A DNA stretch of 63,443 bases, filler included, from Octopus bimaculoides (Eukaryota): assembly GCF_001194135.2 (NCBI RefSeq). It is 4 parts of 2 records of this genome, joined end to end, with 100 filler letters (N's around TTAATTAATTAA, not from the genome) between each part and the next. Parts side by side here need not be neighbours in the genome. Positions count along the whole stretch, not along the records: positions 35,465 to 57,845 come from NC_068983.1; positions 57,946 to 63,443 come from NC_068983.1; 2 more parts are not named here. One strand, 5' to 3'. Numbering within the stretch: the stretch's first letter is position 1; every line of letters starts with the position of its first letter. This document shows positions 54,598 through 63,443 of the stretch, one piece after another. The position numbers and the translations under genes were made by a program. The notes beneath the pieces were generated by a model. That model was not told where the DNA came from. It searched no databases and worked only from the letters and a program-made list of their open reading frames with translations.

Positions 54598-54893
54598 AAG
54601 GCGGCGAACTGGCAGAAACGTTAGCACGCTGGGCGAAATGTTTAGCGGTATTTCATCTGTCTTTACGTTCTGAGTTTAAATTCTGCCGAGGTCGACTTTT
54701 CCTTTCATCCTTTCGGGGTCGATAAATTAAGTACCAGTTACGCACTGGGGTCGATGTAATCGACTTAATCTCTTTGTCTATCCTTGTTTGTCCCCTCTAT
54801 GTTTAGTCCCTTGTGGGCAATAAAGAAATAAGAAACGTTAGCACGCCGGACGAAATGCTTAACGGTATTTCGTCTGTCTTTACGTTCTGGGTT
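54598..54893 (+). mobile_element. Dimeric SINE-B, second monomer cut by a gap
   Basis: Monomer 1, linker TTAATCTCTTTGTCTATCCTTGTTTGTCCCCTC..GTGGGCAATAAAGAAATAAGAAACG, then the start of monomer 2. Confidence 0.85.
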
Positions 54894-55831
54894 NNNNNNN
54901 NNNNNNNNNNNNNNNNNNNNNNNNNNNNNNNNNNNNNNNNNNNNNNNNNNNNNNNNNNNNNNNNNNNNNNNNNNNNNNNNNNNNNNNNNNNNNNNNNNNN
55001 NNNNNNNNNNNNNNNNNNNNNNNNNNNNNNNNNNNNNNNNNNNNNNNNNNNNNNNNNNNNNNNNNNNNNNNNNNNNNNNNNNNNNNNNNNNNNNNNNNNN
55101 NNNNNNNNNNNNNNNNNNNNNNNNNNNNNNNNNNNNNNNNNNNNNNNNNNNNNNNNNNNNNNNNNNNNNNNNNNNNNNNNNNNNNNNNNNNNNNNNNNNN
55201 NNNNNNNNNNNNNNNNNNNNNNNNNNNNNNNNNNNNNNNNNNNNNNNNNNNNNNNNNNNNNNNNNNNNNNNNNNNNNNNNNNNNNNNNNNNNNNNNNNNN
55301 NNNNNNNNNNNNNNNNNNNNNNNNNNNNNNNNNNNNNNNNNNNNNNNNNNNNNNNNNNNNNNNNNNNNNNNNNNNNNNNNNNNNNNNNNNNNNNNNNNNN
55401 NNNNNNNNNNNNNNNNNNNNNNNNNNNNNNNNNNNNNNNNNNNNNNNNNNNNNNNNNNNNNNNNNNNNNNNNNNNNNNNNNNNNNNNNNNNNNNNNNNNN
55501 NNNNNNNNNNNNNNNNNNNNNNNNNNNNNNNNNNNNNNNNNNNNNNNNNNNNNNNNNNNNNNNNNNNNNNNNNNNNNNNNNNNNNNNNNNNNNNNNNNNN
55601 NNNNNNNNNNNNNNNNNNNNNNNNNNNNNNNNNNNNNNNNNNNNNNNNNNNNNNNNNNNNNNNNNNNNNNNNNNNNNNNNNNNNNNNNNAAAGCACCGCC
55701 CCTTAAAAAGTGTCGCCCGGGGCGGACTGCCCCTCCTAGCTTCACTAGTGTGCGTGTACGTGTATGTGTGCGTGTGAGAGAGATATAGATCGATAGATTA
55801 GAGAGATAGACAGACAGACAGACAAATAGAT

Positions 55832-55874
<43 letters not shown>

Positions 55875-56207
55875 CAGAGAGAGAGACAGACAGACGGATA
55901 AAGAGAGAAAGAGAGAAAAAAAAAGAGAAAATATTTATACTTTTATAATGTGTGTGGTGAGTATGTGTTGCGTATGTGTGTATGTAAGTAAGCAGGTGTG
56001 TATATAAGTGCGCTAACAGGCTTATACGATAGTATGCATACACAGGTGCATACATGTGTGTAGCTGTGGCCAGAATCACGCAGACATTTTAGGAAACTCT
56101 TTATTTTAAAAATTAACGTTTTCTTTCTGAAAATATAAACAAAACAGTACAGTCATATAAATGACACTCACAAATGCACACACATGAACACAAGGGTTAC
56201 TATTATT

Positions 56208-56296
<89 letters not shown>

Positions 56297-56305
56297 GATG
56301 GCGAT

Positions 56306-56338
56306 AAGGCGGCGAGCTGGCAGAAACGTTAGCATGCC
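56306..56338 (+). mobile_element. SINE-B 5' end running into a gap, preceded by (ATC)n(TTA)n
   Basis: AAGGCGGCGAGCTGGCAGAAACGTTAGCATGCC. Confidence 0.8.
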
Positions 56339-57021
56339 NNNNNNNNNNNNNNNNNNNNNNNNNNNNNNNNNNNNNNNNNNNNNNNNNNNNNNNNNNNNNN
56401 NNNNNNNNNNNNNNNNNNNNNNNNNNNNNNNNNNNNNNNNNNNNNNNNNNNNNNNNNNNNNNNNNNNNNNNNNNNNNNNNNNNNNNNNNNNNNNNNNNNN
56501 NNNNNNNNNNNNNNNNNNNNNNNNNNNNNNNNNNNNNNNNNNNNNNNNNNNNNNNNNNNNNNNNNNNNNNNNNNNNNNNNNNNNNNNNNNNNNNNNNNNN
56601 NNNNNNNNNNNNNNNNNNNNNNNNNNNNNNNNNNNNNNNNNNNNNNNNNNNNNNNNNNNNNNNNNNNNNNNNNNNNNNNNNNNNNNNNNNNNNNNNNNNN
56701 NNNNNNNNNNNNNNNNNNNNNNNNNNNNNNNNNNNNNNNNNNNNNNNNNNNNNNNNNNNNNNNNNNNNNNNNNNNNNNNNNNNNNNNNNNNNNNNNNNNN
56801 NNNNNNNNNNNNNNNNNNNNNNNNNNNNNNNNNNNNNNNNNNNNNNNNNNNNNNNNNNNNNNNNNNNNNNNNNNNNNNNNNNNNNNNNNNNNNNNNNNNN
56901 NNNNNNNNNNNNNNNNNNNNNNNNNNNNNNNNNNNNNNNNNNNNNNNNNNNNNNNNNNNNNNNNNNNNNNNNNNNNNNNNNNNNNNNNNNNNNNNNNNNN
57001 NNNNNNNNNNNNNNNNNNNNN

Positions 57022-57082
<61 letters not shown>

Positions 57083-57511
57083 GTGTGTGTGTGCGGCGCA
57101 TGTGTGATGAACTTGAACCAGGCATGCTGATGTTGTATAACACACGACTAGGCTGAACGAGCAACGAGATTTACCAAAGGTATTTGGAATATTCACCAAG
57201 AAACGCATGTTTATTAACGGCGTTATTGTTTCTCATTTGTTCTCCAACAGAATACCATTGTGTTCGCTCCAACCCTATATGTATATTACATAACCTTTTG
57301 TACTATTCCACATTCTGTCAGTAACAAAGTATAGATTAGACACGAGTGTATTATACCGCACTTGTGCAAACATAAACTCATATACTTCTACAATCTAGAG
57401 GCTATGGTTGCGTCAACACAGTCGCCTACGCGCTTTAATCTGTGACACAGCACAGCATGTATATTTATAACTACAAACACTATTAATATATATGTACATA
57501 CATATATATAT

Positions 57512-57845
57512 ACTAGCAGTATAACCCGACGTTGTCCGGGTGTGACTTATTACGCCATCTACGATAAGTCTTGCTAGGTGAAAACCAACTAAAAAAGAAA
57601 GCCTTACAATGAAAAAACCCTTATGATGTAAATATGATCATAATTCAAAAGACGAAATTAATAGGGAAAGTCTGAAGGCTGTTTTGTGTAACATTATTAA
57701 GTGTACGTAAATTTCATCGGTTTAATTGGCTATACAAATGCTTGTGCAAAACAACTTTTTGCGCTGCCTTGATTATACATAGCAGGGTAATTCCTTTTCG
57801 CAGGAGGTAGGACGGCAATTTCTGATGAAGCAATTGCTGGCGATC
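57512..57845 (-). mobile_element. Helitron-like 3' terminus with a possible Pif1-helicase motif remnant
   Basis: The minus strand reads ACCCGGACAACGTCGGGT (hairpin), then TATACTG, CTAG and T. Near 57800-57840 it encodes AIASSEIAVL, similar to the AVASSGIAATLL motif of Helitron helicases. Confidence 0.55.
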
Positions 57846-57945
57846 NNNNNNNNNNNNNNNNNNNNNNNNNNNNNNNNNNNNNNNNNNNNTTAATTAATTA
57901 ANNNNNNNNNNNNNNNNNNNNNNNNNNNNNNNNNNNNNNNNNNNN
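57846..57945. other. Synthetic scaffold-join spacer 44N-TTAATTAATTAA-44N
   Basis: Same construct as 31743-31842. Confidence 0.92.
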
Positions 57946-58138
57946 AAGCCAGAGGCCATTAACCATTGGTGGGTAAGGGCTTTGTCAATATCTGCATTAT
58001 TCGCTCTCTTTGGGTATTTGCCATTGAGAGGTTTTCCATGCCATTTTTCAGTCATAATATCTAAGGCAGCAATTTTTGCACAGGTTTTCAAGCGCTTAGC
58101 TTTTTCTGCAGGTGTTTCTAGTTCGTCTAATTCTTGAA

Positions 58139-58140
<2 letters not shown>
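57946..58140 (-). mobile_element. 5'-truncated Dong/R4-type retrotransposon fragment abutting (TAA)n at 58141-58184
   Basis: EKWHGKPLNGKYPKR..ADIDKALTHQWLMASG matches the W..KPLHG.Y..DK..T..WL..SG region upstream of the R4 zinc knuckle. Confidence 0.8.
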
Positions 58141-58186
<46 letters not shown>

Positions 58187-58259
58187 AATATTCTACATGA
58201 TCTTTGGTTAAATATTAAAAATTATTTCTACAATGAGCACAATGGTTTTTATATTTTGT

Positions 58260-58370
58260 TAGTGGGGGTGGGAATGGGTATATCGATTACATCGACTCCT
58301 GTGCTCAACTGATGCTTTTTTTAATTGATCCCGAAACGATGAAAGGAAAGGTCAACCTCAACAGAATTAA
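58260..58370 (-). mobile_element. Degenerate SINE-B fragment
   Basis: CGATTACATCGACTCC..ATTGATCCCGAAACGATGAAAGGAAAGGTCAACCTC. Confidence 0.65.
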
Positions 58371-58823
58371 TTAACTCCAAATTAAGCACATGGCCATTAG
58401 TTTACAAGACAAACAACAATATGAGCACGTAAATTACAGGATAAACACAACAGCAACAATAACATTGGGCAGGATGAGGTTGGCATCAAGAAAAACAAAA
58501 GCATATATCAACAATATGACCACTAAGGAAGTTAGTCCACATTATACAGTATAGAGCCATGACCATTTCATGCCAGTGGACGGGATCTTGGTCCACCTCC
58601 TTGATTTCGGACCAAGAGAGACCGAATGCATTCGTTCCATCCACCACGCATCCTTTCCAGGTTTCCTTAAGTTGCCCGACTTACCTCTTTCTTTCAGGTT
58701 ACAGTCTTTTGGCGACAACCAAAACAATACCCCCAACAACATCCGCGCAAACTAGGAAACCCACCTTTCCATCGCCCTTCCATAAAAAGATCAAGGCAAC
58801 AAAAGTAATTATTCCATCACGTC

Positions 58824-59213
58824 CATACTGTGTGTGTGTTGGCACTCCGTCGCTTACGACGTCGAGGGTTCCAGTTGATCCGATCAACGGAACAACCTGC
58901 TCGTGAAATTAACGTGCAAGTGACTGAGCACTCCACAGACACGTGTACCCTTAACATAGTTCTCTGGGATATTCAGCGTGACACAGTGTGACAAGGCTGA
59001 CCCTTTGAATTACAGGCACAACAGAAACAGGAAGAGTGACAGAAAGTTGTGGTGAAAGTGTACAGCAGGGTTCATCACCATCCCCTGCCGGAGCCTCGTG
59101 GAGCTTTAAGTGTTTTCGCTGAATAAACACTCACAACGCCCAGTTTGGGAATCGAAACCACGATCCTATGACCGCGAGTCTGCTGCCCTAACCACTGGGC
59201 CATTGCGCCTCCA
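58824..59213 (-). mobile_element. SINE-C, tRNA-derived, about 390 bp
   Basis: Minus-strand head TGGAGGCGCAATGGCCCAGTGGTTAGGGCAGC (A box) ..GGTTTCGATTCCC (B box); ends in a short (CA)n tail. Confidence 0.8.
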
Positions 59214-59214
59214 C

Positions 59215-59560
59215 CACGTCCATACTATACCAACAATAACCAACAAAACTCAGTTACAGTATGTACACCCTCGATCACCACCGTATTGTACCAACAATAA
59301 CCACAAGCACAGCAACAATATTACCTCGTCGATTCCTACCCTACGGTACCAACAATAACCGCATGTATAGCTACAATACGTGCTCCCTTGATCACCACCC
59401 TACGGTACAAACAAAAACCACAAAACAGCAACAATATGTACCCTTTCAACCACAATCTACAGTATCAACCACAACCACAAGAACAGTAACAGTATGTACC
59501 CTGTCGATCACCGTCCTTCTGTAACAACAATAACCTCAAACGCTTCTACAATGATATGTA
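59215..59560 (+). repeat. Diverged ~57-58-bp minisatellite, about 5-6 units
   Basis: A(G/A)TA(T/C)GT..CCCT.CGATCACC..GTACCAACAATAACC..ACAGCAAC units start at about 59259, 59317, 59375, 59432 and 59490. Confidence 0.75.
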
Positions 59561-60506
59561 TGCACACAGTCAATACATTAGTGTGCGAAAGGTAACAACA
59601 ATCATACCAATAACAAGAGCACTCAGACAGCGCAAACACACGCCAAGGCAACACCAAAGTCCTCTCAACGATTAAGCTAGAGATGATCTTTAAAGTGAGA
59701 ATATCTGAAATAATCTCGACTGCTCTCACACACGAGAATACTAAAAATGAACCCGACCACTCTAAAAAATTAAGTAAAAAAAAAAACCGGAAAAACAATC
59801 CAGAATCCTTGTCCGGTACCTGTTCAATCTCGAAATCTAAACAGTTCGTGCCAGTCACAAGGCTAAACATCCCTGAAGGTTTCATTCGAATCCATTCGGC
59901 GGTTCTTACGACATCTTGTCCACGGACAAACAAACAAACACGACGGAAACGATACTTCCGCCCTCGTTAAGGCGGAATTATGATAACGTTACCCCTCGAT
60001 CACTATCAGCCACAATAGCAACAACTAGCGTAATAATATACATAGCAACACCTCACCTACATAACAATAACGACAATAGAGAGAGAGCAACAAAGTCACG
60101 AAGCAACAAAAACACGTATACTCTGGTTACCCCCCCCCCACACACACACAACTGTCGAAACAAGGACAAGAACAGCTACAATAATACTCTGCCTTCATAC
60201 TCCATATTGTAATAAAATAACAAAAGAAAAGTCAATAGTGAAGAACATTCTAAAATGAAGTTATATATACAAATGCATACATACACGCACGCATATACAT
60301 ACATTGATACATAGATACATACACACACACACACATACATACATGCATGGTCTTATATGTTNNNNNNNNNNNNNNNNNNNNNNNNNNNNNNNNNNNNNNN
60401 NNNNNNNNNNNNNNNNNNNNNNNNNNNNNNNNNNNNNNNNNNNNNNNNNNNNNNNNNNNNNNNNNNNNNNNNNNNNNNNNNNNNNNNNNNNNNNNNNNNN
60501 NNNNNN

Positions 60507-60561
<55 letters not shown>

Positions 60562-60841
60562 TATATATACATATATATATAATAAACATGAAAATAATAA
60601 GATAAATACATAAATGTATTACAGGAAGCGTATAATTAAATAAGGAAGAATAGATGCACACACATATTAATGCATTACACTAACACACACAAACATACTC
60701 AGCGACACCGAAACACATACGCACACGCACAGAATCAATTACGCATAGATACATATTTGTTTGTTTGGAATCAAATATATGTATTATACATATTTATACA
60801 CACACAGTTATACATATATAGATCTGTGTTCGTGTATGTTC

Positions 60842-60900
<59 letters not shown>

Positions 60901-61861
60901 TATGTATATATATATTCTTACGTACATACATATTTGAGATAGGCGAGGGCGTGTGTATGTTCGGAGTGTAGAGGGGAAATAAGTAAATATATAAAGAAAC
61001 ATTTAAGAAAATCAAATAAACAAAGGAGGAGAAGAAAACAAAGAAAATAAGAAATAGAAAAGATAAAAAAGAAACATTCATGAAAAACGTAAAAAATAAC
61101 GAAGAATACTTAAGAAAAAACACAAGTAAAATGTCATAAAAAAAAGGGGCTCGAAATTATAGAAAGGAGTAGAAGGAAAGAAAGAGAAATGGCGGCAAGA
61201 TTAGCCGGAGTTGTGAAAGTGAAAGTAAATTATTGAGAAAGAGGAAGGTAAAAACCGAAGAAGAGGAGAGGGAAGAGTGAGACGATTGTTGGAGGAGATA
61301 TTTATGCTGTCAGAGACAGCATACCTTCCTTTCCCCTTACTGTTAGCTCTTTATAACCTTACAGTTCATAGAATGTAGCTTCGCTGAATGTATGTCTGCG
61401 TCTAAGTGCGTGAATATGTATGGCTGTGTTTCTTTATGTGTATACGTATATGTATGTGTGTATGTGTATGTGTATGTGTGTGTGTTTAAGTGTGTCTGTG
61501 TTTCTCTGAATATGTATATGTCTGTATGTGTGTTTGTGCATATATGCATTTGTGTATGTACTTGTGCGTCTGTTTGTATGTGTGAGTGAATATATACATA
61601 TATTTATATAAAGATATAGGTATGTGTGTATGTGTTTGTGTGTGTGTGTGTGTGCGCGCGCGCACGTCTGGATGTCTCTCTGTATATGTAAGGGTTTGTT
61701 TGCATTTGTGTCTGAGCTAGTGTTTATTGATAAATATATACATATGTATGTAAACACTCGCTCAGACATAAATGCAAACACACACAAATATTGTCTATAT
61801 GTGTATATATATATATATACAAACATACACGCACATACACACACACACACGCATATATATT

Positions 61862-62261
61862 ATTTTATTCTTTTACTTGATTCACTCATTTGGTGGCGGC
61901 CATTCTGGAGCACCGCCTTAACCGGGTTTAGTTGAAGAAATCGTCCTCAGGACTTATTCTTTGTGAGTCTAGTACTTATTCTATGGATCAGTTTTGACAA
62001 ATTGTTAGGTCACAGAGACACAAACACACCAGCATCGGTTGGTAAGCAATGTCGGGGGTACAAACGGTACAAACACAGACACACACACACACACGAACAC
62101 GAACACACACGGACACACATGTATATATGTACATACGAGAGGCTTCTTTCAGTTTCCGTCTACCAAACCCACTGACAATGCTTCTGTCGGCAGGAGGCTA
62201 TAGTAGAAAACACTTACGACCGCGAGTCTGCTGCCCTAACCACTGGGCCATTGCGCCTCCA
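61862..62261 (-). mobile_element. SINE-A whose head is replaced by 44 bp of the SINE-C head
   Basis: SINE-A 3' half, (CA)n and body; 62218-62261 is identical to 59170-59213. Confidence 0.8.
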
Positions 62262-62345
62262 TATATTACACACACACACACACATATAAATATACATACA
62301 CACCTACACGTATGACGAAGACTTTCTCATTAAATTTATTTGTAG

Positions 62346-62970
62346 AAAGCAGTAAGCTAGCAGAAACGTTAGCACGCCGGGCGAAATGCTTAGCGGTATT
62401 TCGTCTCTACCGTTGTGTTCTGGGTTCAAATTCCGCCGAAGTCGACTTTGCCTTTCATCCTTTCGGGGTCGATAAATTAAGTACCAGTTACGCACTAGGG
62501 TCGATGTAATCGACTTAATCCCTTTGTCTGCCCTTGTTTGTCCCCTCTGTGTGTAGCCTCTTGTGGGCAATAAAGAAATAAGAAACGTTAGCCGGTCGGT
62601 CGAAATGCTTAGCGGTATTTCGTCTGTCTTTACATTCTGAGTTCAAATTCCGCCGAGGTCGACTTTACCTTTCATCCTTTCGGGGTCGATAAATTAAGTA
62701 CCACTTGGATTCTGGAGTCGATCCAATCGACTGACTCCCTCCCCCAAAATNNNNNNNNNNNNNNNNNNAGAAACGTTAGCAGGTCGGTCGAAATGCTTAG
62801 CGGTATTTCGTCTGTCTTTACATTCTGAGTTCAAATTCCGCCGAGGTCGACTTTACCTTTCATCCTTTCGGGGTCGATAAATTAAGTACCACTTGGATTC
62901 TGGAGTCGATCCAATCGACTGACTCCCTCCCCCAAAATGTCGGGCTTTGTGCCTAGATAAGAAAACAATA
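62346..62970 (+). mobile_element. Dimeric SINE-B; the second monomer appears twice around an 18-N gap (probable assembly overlap)
   Basis: Monomer 1, linker and monomer 2. 62580-62750 and 62769-62939 are near-identical (one substitution seen). Tail GGGCTTTGTGCCTAGATAAGAAAAC. Confidence 0.85.
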
Positions 62971-63398
62971 CACTTATTTGTATATCACCTATACTTGTGT
63001 TGATGTAAACGTGTTTGGCTGTAAACACGTTTGCACCAGGTTAGTTGCGTGTGTATTTGCGTGTTAGAGATTGAATAGATATATGGCAATACCTGTTAGG
63101 TCTGTAGTATGGATATGTTATTTCTCCGTGCTGCTTCTCTGTGGCTCTGCCTGTGCCTGTATGTATATGCTTCTATCGTAGATTTTTTGTGTGCATGTAT
63201 TTTTAGATCTGCTATTGCTCTATTTACTTATTCGTACATCTGTTCATATACATGTGCAAGTGTATATACATATGCATGGGTATACGTGGAAAAATGTGTG
63301 TTTATATGTGTATGTATGTGTGTATGTGTGTGTATATATGTATATGGGTATGTGTATGTATATGTATGTTTGTATGTGTGTATTTGTGTATATATACT

Positions 63399-63443
<45 letters not shown>

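Noticed and set aside
59165-59213. tRNA gene
   Set aside because: A and B boxes are present but continue into a ~390-bp SINE body. I could not form a complete cloverleaf; the same applies to the other SINE heads.
59215-59560. CRISPR-like repeat-spacer array
   Set aside because: Whole units are homologous with no unique spacers, there are no cas genes, and the context is eukaryotic. No CRISPR array was seen anywhere in the window.
62580-62939. Apparent third SINE-B monomer (trimer)
   Set aside because: Near-identical ~171-bp copies sit on either side of an 18-N gap, typical of unmerged contig overlap or allelic redundancy.

Overview
AT-rich, repeat-saturated eukaryotic DNA from a gappy draft assembly (about 7 kb of N by hand count). 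The SINE families, microsatellite load and TTAGGG repeat fit a mollusc, probably Octopus; this is inference and no search was run. I can support no intact host protein-coding gene, rRNA, true tRNA gene or CRISPR array. Almost all long ORFs in the track are read-throughs of N-gaps or microsatellites. The dominant feature is a ~6.9-kb degenerate telomere-type array (35465-42403). It has a head-to-head (TTAGGG)n->(CCCTAA)n junction at 40169/40170, a second polarity switch at 42317/42318, a recurrent TTAGAAG variant and internal higher-order duplications. The rest is transposon debris: a decayed mariner transposase, Dong/R4-type, Tx1/L1-type, CR1-group and Penelope-like retroelement fragments, and a Helitron 3' end. 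At least four tRNA-derived SINE families are present, including a dimeric SINE bounded by a 15-bp target-site duplication and a SINE that carries an internal microsatellite. There are also two long inverted repeats and two tandem arrays. Three synthetic 100-bp spacers (44N-TTAATTAATTAA-44N) show that the window is at least four joined scaffolds, so adjacency across them is not biological evidence. I found no convincing novel gene system; the strongest leads are structural. SINE-A to SINE-D are my working labels, and most element boundaries are approximate.
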